Shown here: positions 1-10,886 of the stretch, piece after piece | How the letters are laid out: each line of letters begins with the position of its first letter | Numbering within the stretch: position 1 is the stretch's first letter | Origin: an uncultured delta proteobacterium | GTDB taxonomy: Bacteria; Myxococcota_A; Polyangia; Polyangiales; Polyangiaceae | Reading direction: 5' to 3' | NCBI GenBank assembly: GCA_963782055.1 | Contig: CAWAIF010000003.1 | Span: forward strand, 3,104,001 to 3,168,000 | DNA length: 64,000 bases | The notes under the pieces: model-generated | Seen by the model: the letters and a program-made list of their open reading frames with translations, nothing else | What the model was told of the DNA's origin: nothing | Database searches by the model: none | Translations under genes and position numbers: made by a program

Positions 1-934
1 TCGGCGTCCCGGCGTGCCCGAGCGTGCCCATCTCCGCCGCCACCTGCGCCGCGCTGTCGCCGGGGCCGAAGACGCGGTTGCGCGCGCGCAGCGCCCACTC
101 CAGCGCGGTGAAGGCCACGGCCTTGACCACCTGCATGCGCTCCTCGCCCATCCACTCCATGCCGCGCACGCGGTCGACGGACCAGGTGACGAGGTTGCCG
201 GGCACCGCGCGCTCCCCGGGGGATACGCGCACCCAGCCGGAGCCCTCCACCGCGGCGGGCTTCTCGCCGTCGAGCACGATGCGGCGGCCGTCGGCGGTGA
301 CGTCGAGCAGGCCGGAGTCCTCGAAGCGCAGCGCCACGTCGGTCGCGACGGGGTCGAGGGAGAAGACGTTGTGCACCACGCCGGCGGTCTGTCCGGTGAG
401 CTGCAGGTTGGTCAGCGCCGCCTGCCAGCGCTGCACGCGGGTGAAGCCGTCGTAGGCCGACGAGCCCCACCCGCGCAGGTCGACGACGTGCACCGCGGTG
501 TGGATGTCGCCCGCGCTCGTCGCGTAGGCGATCTCCTCGCCGTGCAGCAGCGGGCGGTCCTCGTCGATGCTGGACGTGCGCGTCAGATCGTAGACGTTGC
601 CCACCGCGAGCAGCGCGCCCTCCGGGGAGAGGCGCGCGCTCACCAGGTAGATGTCGCTCGGGTCGCTCCCCTTGTGCGCGCGGACCACCGCGCGCGCCCC
701 GCCCACGAACGCGCCGCGCACGCCGCTCGGCCCGGTCTCCCAGACGACGTCCGCCTCGGTGGTGGACAGGCCGCGCCTCGCCAGCACGTCGACGAGCGCC
801 GCGGTGCGCGAGCCCGCCGCCTGGTTCACGTCCGACCCGCGCATCCGCGCGATGAGCCACGCGACGAAGATCGCCGCGACGATCGGACGGAAGAGGGGCC
901 GCTGCAGCCATAGGACGAGAGCGGAGCGGCGCAT
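1..934 (-). CDS. Hypothetical membrane-anchored protein, partial (runs off the left end)
   Basis: Read by hand from ATG at 934: MRRSALVLWLQRPLFRPIVAAIFVAWLIARMRG...; open to the window edge with GC3-rich codons; absent from the ORF track because it has no stop in the window. Confidence 0.7.
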   Translation of the reverse strand, partial: MRRSALVLWLQRPLFRPIVAAIFVAWLIARMRGSDVNQAAGSRTAALVDVLARRGLSTTEADVVWETGPSGVRGAFVGGARAVVRAHKGSDPSDIYLVSARLSPEGALLAVGNVYDLTRTSSIDEDRPLLHGEEIAYATSAGDIHTAVHVVDLRGWGSSAYDGFTRVQRWQAALTNLQLTGQTAGVVHNVFSLDPVATDVALRFEDSGLLDVTADGRRIVLDGEKPAAVEGSGWVRVSPGERAVPGNLVTWSVDRVRGMEWMGEERMQVVKAVAFTALEWALRARNRVFGPGDSAAQVAAEMGTLGHAGTP

Positions 935-1142
935 GTCAGTCGGTGGGTTGCCTGGGCACGGTCACGGTCTCCGAGCGGCAAACGCCGCGGCGCGGGCGGG
1001 CATTCTGCGGCGCGAGGCGGCCCTTGGTCCAGGGCGACCACGCCGGTTTCAGCTCCGCCAACTAAGTTGGCAGAATGGAGGCTCCCGGATGGGAAAACAT
1101 GAGCATTTGACCTGGAGCGTTTCGTGCTACATTGTTGTCACC

Positions 1143-1487
1143 ATGTTCCGGAGGGCCCTGTTCGCGCTGCTGCTCGTCGTCGGGGTGACGGCGTGCCTCA
1201 GCCCGACGCTGCCCCTCCCGCCGCCGGAGGCGCCGTCGCAGTCGCTGGGGAACGAGCCGGGGACCGTGCACCTGTCGTCGTTGAACGGCGTGCAGGGCGA
1301 CGCCTTCGTCATCATCGTCAACAGGAGTCTCGCTCCGCCGGGCGACACCGGCGTGGTGACGCAGGCGGACGGCACCGGGTCCTGGCAGGCGGACGTGAAG
1401 GCGGTCAACGGCGACCACCTGAGCATCAGCCAGCAAGTGGGCAACGACGCGAGCGCGTCCAAGGACGTGATCGTCTCGGTCAAGTAG
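1143..1487 (+). CDS. Small lipoprotein, unknown function
   Basis: MFRRALFALLLVVGVTAC signal peptide and lipobox; TACATT -10-like hexamer at 1128-1133. Confidence 0.75.
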   Translation: MFRRALFALLLVVGVTACLSPTLPLPPPEAPSQSLGNEPGTVHLSSLNGVQGDAFVIIVNRSLAPPGDTGVVTQADGTGSWQADVKAVNGDHLSISQQVGNDASASKDVIVSVK

Positions 1488-1488
1488 C

Positions 1489-2871
1489 TCAGGTCGAGAG
1501 GATCTTCAGCCCGACGCGCTTGCGCGGCGGCGGCGCGCCGGTCTCGCCGATCACCTCGCCCACCAGATCGTAGTCGCTCGCCTGCGAGACGCGCACGCGC
1601 ACCATCTCCCCGGCGTGGACCTCGCCGCCGGAGAGGTACACCTTGCCGTCGATGTCCGGCGCCTGCCCCATGTGGCGGCCCTCCATCACCAGCTCGTGCT
1701 CCTCGCTCGGGCCCTCCACCAGCACCTCCAGCTCGGTGCCGAGGAGCGTCTGGTTCTTCTTGCGCGCGATGCGCCGCTGCAGGGTCATCAGCTTGCGGTG
1801 GCGGCTCGCGGCGACCTTCGCGCTCACCTTGCCCTCGAGCGCGAAGCTCGCCGAGCTCTCCTCGTCGGAGTAGCGGAAGACGCCCATGCGCTCGAACTCC
1901 GCCCAGCGGACGAAGTCGCACAGCTCCTCGAACTCGTCGTCGGTCTCGCCGGGGTGGCCGACGATGAAGGCGGTGCGGAAGGTGAGGCCGGGGATCTTCT
2001 CCCGCAGGCGCGCGACGACGCGCTTCTGCCGGTCCTTGCCGTGGCCGCGCTTCATGCGCCGGAGCATCGCCTCGGCGGCGTGCTGCAGCGGCATGTCGAC
2101 GTAGCGCGCGACGCGCGGGTGGGAGGCGAGCAGCTCGATGAGCGCCTCGTCGATGGTCTCGGGGTAGAGGTAGAAGAGGCGCACCCAGCGCACGCCGCGC
2201 ACGTCGGCGACGCGGCGCACGACGTCGGCGAGATCGTCGCGCTCCGTCTTCGGGAGATCGCGCCCGTAGGCGACGGTGTCCTGCGAGACCAGGTTGATCT
2301 CCTTGACGCCCTCGGCGACGAGCGTCTCCACCTCCCGCACCACGTCATCGGCCCGGCGGGAGCGCTGCTTGCCGCGGAGCTGCGGGATGACGCAGAAGGA
2401 GCAGGTGCGGTTGCAGCCCTCGGCGATCTTCACGTAAGCGCTGGCGCGCGGCCCGGTGACAACGCGCGGATCGGAGGCGCGCACCACCCACTCCGCCGGG
2501 TTGCCGACGAGCACGCGGTCCGCTTCGCCGCGCAGCACGGTGCCGAGCTTGAGCATGTCGCTCGAGCCCAGGAAGTGATCGACCTCCGGCATCTGCGCGG
2601 CGAGCTCCGTCGGGTAGCGCTGGGAGAGGCAGCCGGCGACGACCAGGCGCTCGCACGCGCCGTGCTCCTTCATCGCGGCGAGCTCGAAGATGGTCTCGAT
2701 GGACTCGCGCTTGGCCTCGCCGATGAAGCCGCACGTGTTGACGACGATGACCTCGGCGTCGGTGGCCTCGTCGGTGGGCTCGTAGCCCGCCTGCCGTGCG
2801 ACGCCGACCATCACCTCGCTGTCGACGCGGTTCTTGGGGCAGCCCAGGCTGACGAAGTGGATCTTGCCCAT
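1489..2871 (-). CDS. rimO: Ribosomal protein S12 methylthiotransferase RimO
   Basis: SLGCPKNRVDSE, VNTCGFI, KIAEGCNRTCSFC radical SAM motif, C-terminal TRAM region (QAPDIDG); true start MGKIHF lies inside the 849-aa ORF. Confidence 0.95.
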   Translation of the reverse strand: MGKIHFVSLGCPKNRVDSEVMVGVARQAGYEPTDEATDAEVIVVNTCGFIGEAKRESIETIFELAAMKEHGACERLVVAGCLSQRYPTELAAQMPEVDHFLGSSDMLKLGTVLRGEADRVLVGNPAEWVVRASDPRVVTGPRASAYVKIAEGCNRTCSFCVIPQLRGKQRSRRADDVVREVETLVAEGVKEINLVSQDTVAYGRDLPKTERDDLADVVRRVADVRGVRWVRLFYLYPETIDEALIELLASHPRVARYVDMPLQHAAEAMLRRMKRGHGKDRQKRVVARLREKIPGLTFRTAFIVGHPGETDDEFEELCDFVRWAEFERMGVFRYSDEESSASFALEGKVSAKVAASRHRKLMTLQRRIARKKNQTLLGTELEVLVEGPSEEHELVMEGRHMGQAPDIDGKVYLSGGEVHAGEMVRVRVSQASDYDLVGEVIGETGAPPPRKRVGLKILST

Positions 2872-2873
2872 CG

Positions 2874-4022
2874 TCAGCCGACCATGTCGCGGAAGCGGTT
2901 GAAGAGGTAGAGGGAGTCGTGCGGGCCGGCGGCGGACTCGGGGTGGTACTGCACGCTGAAGGCGCGCAGGTCGGGGGCGCTGAGGCCCTCGCTGGTGCCG
3001 TCGTTGAGGTGGACGTGCGTGGAGCGCACGCCGGCGGGCAGGGTGTCCAGCTCGACGCAGAAGCCGTGGTTCTGGGTGGTGATCTCCACCCGGCCGGTGG
3101 CCAGGTCCTTCACCGGCTGGTTGGCCCCGCGGTGGCCGAACTTGAGCTTGTAGGTCTTCGCCCCGAGGGCGATGGCGAGGAGCTGGTGGCCGAGGCAGAT
3201 GCCGAACAGCGGCTTGTTGCCGAGGAGGGCCTTGATGGTCTCCACGCCGTAGGTGACCGCCGCGGGATCGCCCGGGCCGTTGGAGAGGAAGACGCCGTCG
3301 GGCGACAGCGCGAGGATGTCCTTGGCGCTGGTGGTGGCGGGCACCGCGGTGACGCGGAAGCCCGCGTCGACCAGGCAGCGCAGGATGTTGCGCTTCATGC
3401 CGAAGTCGACGCACACCACGTGCGGGCGGGAATCGCTTGCAGTCTGCAAGCTCTCCGCGCCGGCGCCGGGGGTCCAGTCGCCGCGGCCCTCGGTCCACGC
3501 GTAGGGCTCCTTCGGCGTGACGCGCTTCACCAGGTCGAGGCCCAGCATGGCGGGAGCCTCCCGGGCGAGGCGCAGCAGCTCGTCCTTGCCGGCGGTGCCG
3601 ATGGCGCCGTTCTGCGCGCCGTGATCGCGCAGGTGCCGGGTGAGCTTGCGGGTGTCCACCTCGGTGATGCCGACGACGCCGTGACGCTCCAGGTAGCGGT
3701 CGAGCGGCTCCTCCGCGCGCCAGCTGGAGGAGATGGGGCTGAGATCGCGGACGACGAAGCCGGCCAGGCGGGGCCCGGGATCGCCCCCGGCGGGGTCGAC
3801 CGCCTCGGTGTCGCCGGGGTTGACGCCCACGTTGCCGATCTCCGGGGCGGTCATGGTGACGAGCTGGCCGTAGTACGAGGGATCGGTGAGGACCTCCTGG
3901 TAGCCAGTCAGGGTGGTGGTGAAGACCGCCTCGCCCGTCGTCGTGCCCGCGGCGCCGAAGGCGCGCCCGGGGAAGACGGTGCCGTCGGCCAGGACCAGGA
4001 GGGCGTCGGCGCCGGAGGACAT
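2874..4022 (-). CDS. carA: Carbamoyl-phosphate synthase small subunit
   Basis: GYQEVLTDPSY, LSNGPGDP, GICLGHQ, QNHGF, QYHPE motifs. Confidence 0.97.
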   Translation of the reverse strand: MSSGADALLVLADGTVFPGRAFGAAGTTTGEAVFTTTLTGYQEVLTDPSYYGQLVTMTAPEIGNVGVNPGDTEAVDPAGGDPGPRLAGFVVRDLSPISSSWRAEEPLDRYLERHGVVGITEVDTRKLTRHLRDHGAQNGAIGTAGKDELLRLAREAPAMLGLDLVKRVTPKEPYAWTEGRGDWTPGAGAESLQTASDSRPHVVCVDFGMKRNILRCLVDAGFRVTAVPATTSAKDILALSPDGVFLSNGPGDPAAVTYGVETIKALLGNKPLFGICLGHQLLAIALGAKTYKLKFGHRGANQPVKDLATGRVEITTQNHGFCVELDTLPAGVRSTHVHLNDGTSEGLSAPDLRAFSVQYHPESAAGPHDSLYLFNRFRDMVG

Positions 4023-4206
4023 GGCGGTGAGTTAGCACAGCCCGGGCCCTCCCGGCATGACCCAGGCGGCCCGGATCGCCCGATCGCGAGCATGCTCGCA
4101 GTCGGACGATGTCCGGCGGGGGCCGGGCGGGCCGTCGGAGGGGTGCGCCCTCATGAGCCAGCTTGACCTTTCCCCGGAGGCTAAGTAACCAGGCGTTCCC
4201 ACACTC

Positions 4207-4290
4207 GCGAAGGTGGCGGAATTGGCAGACGCACCAGATTCAGGTTCTGGCGAGGTCACTCTCGTGCGGGTTCAAGTCCCGCCCTTCGCA
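4207..4290 (+). tRNA. tRNA-Leu (anticodon CAG)
   Basis: Acceptor GCGAAGG/CCTTCGC, D-loop GGAATTGGCAGAC, anticodon arm CCAGA-TTCAGGT-TCTGG, long variable arm, GGTTCAAGTCC T-loop; followed by CCG, so CCA is not fully encoded; TTGACC -35-like box at 4163-4168. Confidence 0.95.
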
Positions 4291-4425
4291 CCGACTGTCT
4301 CGGGGGCGGCGCGCGTCGCCCCCCCTCCGCACGAGTGATTCGCGCGGAGCCTCCCCCCACGCGGGCGCGACTTCGTCGCGCGACGTGCCATCATCGGGCG
4401 TCTCTTCCCTCTCGGGGCGGCACCC

Positions 4426-6219
4426 ATGGGTCTCCGGCTCAAGCTCTTCCTGCTCTCGGTGGCGCTGATCGTCGCGTCGGTCGCCGTGGCGGACGTCTAC
4501 CTGCTCGGGGCGGTCGCGGCCGGCCGCCCCCAGCGTGTGCGGAGCGAGCTGGACGCGCGCGCGTCCCTCGTCGCGGCGCACGCCGCCGCGTCGCCGGCCG
4601 CCGCGGACGATCGCCGCGCCTGGGACGCGTTCGCCCGTCAGGAGGCGCGTCTCGCGGCGGGGCGAGTCACGGTGTTCGCGCCGGACGGGGACGTGGCGGG
4701 GGACTCCGAGACGCACGCGTGGGTGGCGGGCAGCGAGCCGGAGGTGAGCGCGGCGCTCGCGGGCCGTCGCGGGTGGAGCGAGCGCGCGGACGGGCCTTCC
4801 GGCGCGACCGTGAGCTACGTCGCGGCGCCCTTCCACCGGCAGGGCGCGGTGGCCGGCGCGGTGCGCGTGGGTCTGCCGGCGGACGCGGAGGGGACGACCG
4901 CGGCGCTGCGGCGGCTGGTCCTGTTCGCGTCGGCCGCGGTGGTGCTGCTCGGCCTCGTGTTCTCCGGCGTCGCCTCCGACCGCATCTCCGCCTCGGTGCG
5001 ACGGCTGACGGCGGCGGCGCGGGAGATGCGCGCGGGGCAGCTCGACGTGCACACGGGCATGTCCGGTGGCGACGACGTCGCCGAGCTGGGGCTCGCGCTC
5101 GACCGCCTCTCCGGCAGCCTCTCGGCGACGATGAACGAGCTGCGCGCGGAGCGCGGCCTGCACGCGCGGATCCTGGAGGGCATGCAGGACGGCGTGCTCG
5201 TCGTCGACGCCACCGGTCGCCTGGAGCTGGTCAACGCGGCGCTGCGCGGGATGCTGCTGGTCGGCGCCGACGCCGTGGGCAAGCTGGTGATCGAGGTGGT
5301 CCGCCACGCGGGGTTGCAGGACCTGCTGGAGCGTGCGCGAACGACGGGGGAGGTGGCGCGGGGCGAGATCGACCTGCCCGGCATCAAGCCGCGGCGGCTG
5401 CTCGTGCACATAGCCCCGCTCTCCGGCGCGGAGGAAGGACTGCTCGCGGTCTTCGTGGACGTGACCGACCTTCGCCGCCTGGAGACGCTGCGCCGCGACT
5501 TCGTCGCCAACGTCTCGCACGAGCTGAGCACGCCGGCCATCGCGGTGCGCGACGCGGTGACGACGCTGCGGCAGGCGATGCCGGTGGACCGGCGGGCGGC
5601 GATGACGCAGGTCGAGATCATCGAGCGCCACGCCGAGCGGCTCAAGGATCTCATCGAGGACCTCCTGGACCTCTCCCGCTTCGAGTCGAAGGAGTTCCGC
5701 CTCAAGCGTGAGCCGGTCGACCTGGACGCGGTGGTGCACATCGTCGCCAGTCGCTTCCACGGCCGGGCGGCGGCGAAGGGCGTGACGCTCTCGGCCAGGG
5801 TGGAGGAGGGGTTGCCGCGACTGGAGAGCGACCAGCGCGCGGTCGAGCAGGTCCTGAGCAACCTGGTGGACAACGCGGTCAAGTACTGCCCGGCGGGTGC
5901 GTCGGTGTCGGTGACCATCGCCTCCGAGGACCAGCGCGTGCGAATGAGCGTCTCCGACACGGGGCCGGGCATCGCGCCGCAGCACCTCCCCCGCCTCTTC
6001 GAGCGGTTCTATCGCGTCGACCCTGACCGTTCGCGCGCGCTCGGCGGCACCGGCCTGGGCCTCTCCATCGTCAAGCACCTGGTGGAGGCGATGGGCGGAA
6101 CCGTCTCGGTGGAGAGCGACGTCGGCAGGGGGACCACCTTCGTCATCGTCCTCTCCGGCACCCGCCGGGTGCCTGGCCCCGGGCCGTCCGAACCCTCCGT
6201 GGGCGCGATTTCCCCCTGA
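4426..6219 (+). CDS. phoR: PhoR-like sensor histidine kinase (TM-HAMP-PAS-HisKA-HATPase)
   Basis: [14 protein letters not shown]-box, [34 protein letters not shown]; directly upstream of pst genes. Confidence 0.8.
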   Translation: MGLRLKLFLLSVALIVASVAVADVYLLGAVAAGRPQRVRSELDARASLVAAHAAASPAAADDRRAWDAFARQEARLAAGRVTVFAPDGDVAGDSETHAWVAGSEPEVSAALAGRRGWSERADGPSGATVSYVAAPFHRQGAVAGAVRVGLPADAEGTTAALRRLVLFASAAVVLLGLVFSGVASDRISASVRRLTAAAREMRAGQLDVHTGMSGGDDVAELGLALDRLSGSLSATMNELRAERGLHARILEGMQDGVLVVDATGRLELVNAALRGMLLVGADAVGKLVIEVVRHAGLQDLLERARTTGEVARGEIDLPGIKPRRLLVHIAPLSGAEEGLLAVFVDVTDLRRLETLRRDFVANVSHELSTPAIAVRDAVTTLRQAMPVDRRAAMTQVEIIERHAERLKDLIEDLLDLSRFESKEFRLKREPVDLDAVVHIVASRFHGRAAAKGVTLSARVEEGLPRLESDQRAVEQVLSNLVDNAVKYCPAGASVSVTIASEDQRVRMSVSDTGPGIAPQHLPRLFERFYRVDPDRSRALGGTGLGLSIVKHLVEAMGGTVSVESDVGRGTTFVIVLSGTRRVPGPGPSEPSVGAISP

Positions 6220-6242
6220 AATTCCCGGGCAAGCGCCCCTAC

Positions 6243-6275
6243 GTCACACGATCGTCACAGAGCCTTCACGTTCAG
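6243..6275 (+). promoter_or_regulatory. Pho-box-like direct repeats upstream of pstB
   Basis: GTCAC(6243), GTCAC(6254), TTCAC(6265) at exact 11-bp spacing; CAAAGT -10-like at 6291-6296. Confidence 0.7.
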
Positions 6276-6302
6276 CTCGCATCCGAATCCCAAAGTGCCG
6301 CC

Positions 6303-7097
6303 GTGAACCAGCCCGCGGAGCCGTCTTCCCCGAGCGTCGCGCCGGCCGTGAAGATGCGGACGAAGGACCTCACCGTCCGCTACGGCCAGAAGGTCGCTGT
6401 GAAGGACGTGTCGCTCGACGTCCGCACCAACGAGGTGCTGGCGCTCATCGGGCCGAGCGGCTGCGGCAAGAGCACCTTCCTGCGGTCCCTCAACCGGATG
6501 AACGACACCATCGCCAGCGTCCACGTCACCGGCCAGGTGGAGCTGGACGGCGAGCTCATCTATGGTCCCAACGTCGACCCGGTCCTCGTCCGGCGTCGGG
6601 TGGGGATGGTCTTCCAGCGCTCCAACCCCTTCCCCAAGTCCATCTTCGAGAACGTGGCGTACGGCCTGCGGGTGGCCGGCGTCCACGCCCGCGCCAACCT
6701 CGCCGAGCGCGTCGAGCGCGCCCTGCGCCACGCCGCCCTCTGGGACGAGGTGAAGGATCGCCTCCACGAGTCGGGCACCGGTCTCTCCGGCGGGCAGCAG
6801 CAGCGCCTGTGCATCGCCCGCGCGCTCGCGGTGGAGCCGGAGGTGCTGCTCATGGACGAGCCGGCGAGCGCGCTCGACCCCATCGCCACCGCGAAGGTGG
6901 AGGACCTGGTGTCGGAGCTGCGCGAGACGCTGACGATCGTCATCGTCACCCACAACATGCAGCAGGCGGCGCGCGTGTCGCAGCGCACCGGCTTCTTCTA
7001 CCTGGGGCGGCTGGTGGAGGTGGGAGACACCACCGACATCTTCACCCGCCCGCACGAGCGCGAGACCGAGGATTACATCACAGGACGATTCGGATGA
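6303..7097 (+). CDS. pstB: Phosphate ABC transporter ATPase PstB
   Basis: [39 protein letters not shown], ends YITGRFG. Confidence 0.97.
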   Translation: MNQPAEPSSPSVAPAVKMRTKDLTVRYGQKVAVKDVSLDVRTNEVLALIGPSGCGKSTFLRSLNRMNDTIASVHVTGQVELDGELIYGPNVDPVLVRRRVGMVFQRSNPFPKSIFENVAYGLRVAGVHARANLAERVERALRHAALWDEVKDRLHESGTGLSGGQQQRLCIARALAVEPEVLLMDEPASALDPIATAKVEDLVSELRETLTIVIVTHNMQQAARVSQRTGFFYLGRLVEVGDTTDIFTRPHERETEDYITGRFG

Positions 7098-7108
7098 GGG
7101 GTGACGAC

Positions 7109-7807
7109 GTGCCGCAAGCGCATACCAGCCGAGATTTCGAGTCGGAGCTCCGGGAGCTCCGCGCCCATTCCCTCGCCATGGGCGCCCGCTGCGAGCGCGC
7201 GCTGCAGGTCGCCCTGCAGGCGTTCTGGGAGGGATCGGCGCAGGTCGCCGCGGAGGTGGAGGAGATCGATCGACACATCGACCGCGACGAGATGGACATC
7301 GACGCGCTGGTGCTGCGGATCCTGGCGCTGCGGCAGCCCGTCGCCTACGACCTGCGCTTCCTCGCCGGCGCGCTGCGCCTCGTGACCGACCTGGAGCGCG
7401 TGGGCGACGAGGCGGTCAACATCGCCGAGCGCGCCAAGGAGGAGCACGGCACCGCCAAGGACCAGGTGAAGGAGGAGCTCAAGGCGATGGGGGAGCAGTC
7501 GCAGGAGATGCTCCGCGACGCGCTCGACGCCTTCGTCCAGGGCGAGCCCTCGCGCGCCGAGCAGGTGCTCGCGCGCGACGACGCGGTGGACGCGCTCTAC
7601 GGCAAGATCATCCGCGCCATGACCGCCTTCATGCAGCAGCACCCGCCGCAGGTGGCCGAGGCCATCCGCGTCATCCACGTCTCGAAGTACCTCGAGCGGG
7701 TGGCGGACCACGCCACCAACATCGCCGAGGAGGTCATCTTCATGGTCCGCGGCGAGGATGTCCGGCACGTCCGGACGCACCCGCCGCCGCTCGTGGGTGA
7801 CCGCTAG
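7109..7807 (+). CDS. phoU: Phosphate signalling protein PhoU (copy 1)
   Basis: QPVAYDLR, DLERVGDEA, LERVADHATNIAE; GTG start after GAGGGG (alternative ATG at 7094). Confidence 0.93.
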   Translation: MPQAHTSRDFESELRELRAHSLAMGARCERALQVALQAFWEGSAQVAAEVEEIDRHIDRDEMDIDALVLRILALRQPVAYDLRFLAGALRLVTDLERVGDEAVNIAERAKEEHGTAKDQVKEELKAMGEQSQEMLRDALDAFVQGEPSRAEQVLARDDAVDALYGKIIRAMTAFMQQHPPQVAEAIRVIHVSKYLERVADHATNIAEEVIFMVRGEDVRHVRTHPPPLVGDR

Positions 7808-7832
7808 GCCGACACAGCACGAAAGGACTCTC

Positions 7833-8909
7833 ATGATCCGTCTTCGCATCGCCGTCGCCGCCTGCGCCGCCCTGGTGGCTCTGTCCGCCGCCTCCTGCAA
7901 GAAGTCCACGCCGACATCCGGGGGCGGCGACAAGTCGGGCTCGTCCACGGTCGCGCTCAACGGCGCCGGCTCCACCTTCGTCTACCCGGTGATGTCGCGG
8001 TGGTCGAGCGAGTACCAGAAGGTCGCGCCCAACGTGCAGGTCAACTACCAGTCCATCGGGTCCGGGGGCGGCATCCGGCAGCTCATCGCGCACACCGTGC
8101 AGTTCGGCTGCACCGACGGCCCGATGACCGACAGCCAGCTGAAGGAGGCCAAGTCGCCGGTCATCCACGTGCCGCTGGTGATGGGCGCGGTGGTGCCCAC
8201 GTACAACCTGCCCGCGCTCGCGCACGCCATCAAGTTCACGCCGGAGGTGCTCGCCGGGATCTACCTCGGCGAGATCAAGACCTGGAACGACCCCAAGCTC
8301 ACCGCCGACAACGCCGACCTGAAGCTCCCGGCGACGTCCATCGTCGTGGTGCATCGCTCCGACGGCAGCGGCACCACCTACGTGTGGACCGACTACCTGT
8401 CCAAGGTCTCGCCCGACTGGAAGAGCAAGGTGGGCTTCGCCACGTCGGTCAAGTGGCCGACCGGCCTCGGGGGCCGCGGCAACGAGGGCGTCTCGGGCAC
8501 GGTGCGCCAGACGCCCGGGGCCATCGGCTACGTGGAGCTCACCTACGCGATCCAGAACAAGATGCCCTTCGGCCAGGTGAAGAACGCCGCGGGCCAGTTC
8601 GCCACCGCGAGCGTCGACGCCGTCACCGCGGCCGCCGCGGGCGCCGTCGCCACCCTGCCGGAGGACCTGCGCTACTCCATCACCAACGCCCCGGGCGACA
8701 AGGCGTGGCCCATCAGCGGCACCACCTGGGCCGTGCTCTACAAGGACATGCCCGCCGGGCCGGAGCGCACCGCGGTGGTGTCGTATCTCCGCTGGGCCAT
8801 CCACGACGGGCAGAAGTTCTGCGGGCCTCTGGACTACGCGCAGCTCCCCCCGGAGCTGGTGAAGCGCGCGGAGGCGAAGCTCGATCAGGTGGAGCCGGCG
8901 AAGAAGTAG
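7833..8909 (+). CDS. pstS: Phosphate-binding lipoprotein PstS
   Basis: Lipobox AASC, GAGSTF, YQSIGSGGG, HRSDGSGTT; AAAGGA RBS. Confidence 0.95.
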   Translation: MIRLRIAVAACAALVALSAASCKKSTPTSGGGDKSGSSTVALNGAGSTFVYPVMSRWSSEYQKVAPNVQVNYQSIGSGGGIRQLIAHTVQFGCTDGPMTDSQLKEAKSPVIHVPLVMGAVVPTYNLPALAHAIKFTPEVLAGIYLGEIKTWNDPKLTADNADLKLPATSIVVVHRSDGSGTTYVWTDYLSKVSPDWKSKVGFATSVKWPTGLGGRGNEGVSGTVRQTPGAIGYVELTYAIQNKMPFGQVKNAAGQFATASVDAVTAAAAGAVATLPEDLRYSITNAPGDKAWPISGTTWAVLYKDMPAGPERTAVVSYLRWAIHDGQKFCGPLDYAQLPPELVKRAEAKLDQVEPAKK

Positions 8910-8913
8910 GACG

Positions 8914-9924
8914 ATGGCGATGAACCTGCAGGCCGTGGGGCGCGTGAGCGGCCCCTCGCGGCGATCGCGCTCGCTGCGTCGCTGGGGCCCCCACTGGCTC
9001 CACGGCTGGACGAGCGCGGACGCCATCTTCCGCAAGGCCTGTGCGGCCGTCGCCGCGTCCATCGTCGTGCTTCTCACCCTGCTCATCTACGAGCTGGTGC
9101 GCGGGTCGAAGCTGTCGCTCGTCAAGTTCGGCCTGCACTTCCTGGTCGACAAGGTCTGGGACCCGGTCGCCGAGCAGTTCGGCGCGGCGACCTTCGCCTA
9201 CGGCACCGTGGTGACCTCGACGATCGCGCTGCTGCTCGCGGTGCCGCTCGGCGTGGGGATCGCCATCTTCCTCGTGGAGATGGCGCCGCGGCGGCTGGGC
9301 GCGGCCGTCGGGTTCCTCGTCGAGCTCCTGGCGGCGATCCCGTCCATCGTCTACGGCCTCTGGGGCCTCTTCGTGCTGGCGCCCTTCGTGCGCGACGTCG
9401 TCGCCCCCTTCCTGCACGCGACCCTGGGCTTCTTGCCGATCTTCGCCGGGCAGTCGCACGGCGTCGGCATGCTGACCGGCGGCATCATCCTGGCGGTGAT
9501 GATCCTGCCGTTCATCGCCGCGGTCTCGCGCGACGTCCTCTCCGCCGTGCCGCAGACGCAGCGGGAGGCGTCGCTCGCCCTGGGCGCCACCAAGTGGGAG
9601 ACCATCTGGCACGTGGTGTTGCCGTACGGGCGCGCGGGCATCGCCGGCGCCGTGATCCTCGCCCTGGGTCGTGCGCTCGGCGAGACGATGGCCGTCACGA
9701 TGGTCATCGGCAACAACCCGCAGATCGTCGCCTCCCTCTTCGAGCCCGGCTACACCATGTCGTCGGTCATCGCCAACGAGTACGCCGAGGCCTCCGGCCC
9801 CATGTACCTCTCCGCGCTGACGGAGGTGGGCCTCTTCCTCTTCCTCATCACCTTCGCGGTCAACGGCGTCGCGCAGCTGCTCATCTGGCGGATGACGCGC
9901 GGCAGGGAAGGGGGCGCCGCGTGA
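8914..9924 (+). CDS. pstC: Phosphate ABC permease PstC
   Basis: ELLAAIPSIVYGLWG, LGRALGETMAVTMVIGN. Confidence 0.95.
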   Translation: MAMNLQAVGRVSGPSRRSRSLRRWGPHWLHGWTSADAIFRKACAAVAASIVVLLTLLIYELVRGSKLSLVKFGLHFLVDKVWDPVAEQFGAATFAYGTVVTSTIALLLAVPLGVGIAIFLVEMAPRRLGAAVGFLVELLAAIPSIVYGLWGLFVLAPFVRDVVAPFLHATLGFLPIFAGQSHGVGMLTGGIILAVMILPFIAAVSRDVLSAVPQTQREASLALGATKWETIWHVVLPYGRAGIAGAVILALGRALGETMAVTMVIGNNPQIVASLFEPGYTMSSVIANEYAEASGPMYLSALTEVGLFLFLITFAVNGVAQLLIWRMTRGREGGAA

Positions 9925-10802
9925 CCACCGTCGCCACGCCGCCGCCGCGCCGCACGCTCGCCATCTCGCCGCGGCGCAAGCTGACCAACCACGTGATGCT
10001 CGGCCTCTGCATCCTCGCCACGATCGTGGCGCTGGTCGTGCTCGTGCTCATCTTCGGCTACGTGCTCATGCAGGGCGCGCGCTTCGTCAACCTGGCCTTC
10101 TTCACGCAGCTCCCCACGCCGGTGGGCGTTCCGGGCGGCGGGTTCCTCAACTCGCTGGTGGGCACCGGCATCATGGTGGGCGTCGCCTCTGCCATGAGCA
10201 TCCCGGTGGGCCTGTTCGCGGGCATCTACCTGGCGGAGTTCGGCAAGGGGTGGTTCGCGCGGGCGGTGCGCTTCGTCAACGACAGCCTCAACGCGACGCC
10301 CTCCATCGTCGCCGGGCTCTTCGCCTACACCCTCATCGTCCTGGAGACCCACCACTTCTCCGGCTTCGCCGGGAGCGTGGCGCTCGCCGTGCTGATGGTG
10401 CCCACCATCACCCGCACCACCGAGGAGATGTTCCGCCTGGTGCCGCGCACCCTGCGTGAGGCGGCGCTGGCGCTCGGCGTCCCGGAGTGGCGGATGACGA
10501 TGCAGATCGTCCTGCGCGCCGCGGCGCCCGGGGTCATCACAGGCGTCATGCTGGCGGTCGCGCGGGTGTCCGGCGAGACGGCGGCCCTGCTCTTCACCGC
10601 CTTCAACAACCGCTTCCTCTCCACCTCGCTCGACCAGCCGATGAGCAGCGTCCCGGTGCAGGTCTACACCTACGCCGTGGCCCCCTACGACGACTGGCAC
10701 CACCAGGCATGGGCGGGGGCCCTGGTGCTGGTCTCGCTCGTCGCGCTCTTCAGCGCGGCCGTGCGCCTGGCGACGCGCAGCCGCCACCGCTCGAGCGGCT
10801 GA
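9921..10802 (+). CDS. pstA: Phosphate ABC permease PstA
   Basis: GTGA overlap with pstC; PSIVAGLFAY, LREAALALG, ARVSGETAALLFT. Confidence 0.94.
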   Translation: MTTVATPPPRRTLAISPRRKLTNHVMLGLCILATIVALVVLVLIFGYVLMQGARFVNLAFFTQLPTPVGVPGGGFLNSLVGTGIMVGVASAMSIPVGLFAGIYLAEFGKGWFARAVRFVNDSLNATPSIVAGLFAYTLIVLETHHFSGFAGSVALAVLMVPTITRTTEEMFRLVPRTLREAALALGVPEWRMTMQIVLRAAAPGVITGVMLAVARVSGETAALLFTAFNNRFLSTSLDQPMSSVPVQVYTYAVAPYDDWHHQAWAGALVLVSLVALFSAAVRLATRSRHRSSG

Positions 10803-10886
10803 CCCCCGCCCCTCCCCAGGCGCCAGGGAGCCTGGGCGTTCTCACGTCGCGCTCTGCGTCCGACGGTGGCATCCTACGGGGAGAGT

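Noticed and set aside
1489..4038. 849-aa ORF suggesting a large RimO fusion
   Set aside because: The N-terminal half is an off-frame reading of carA; RimO starts at 2871.
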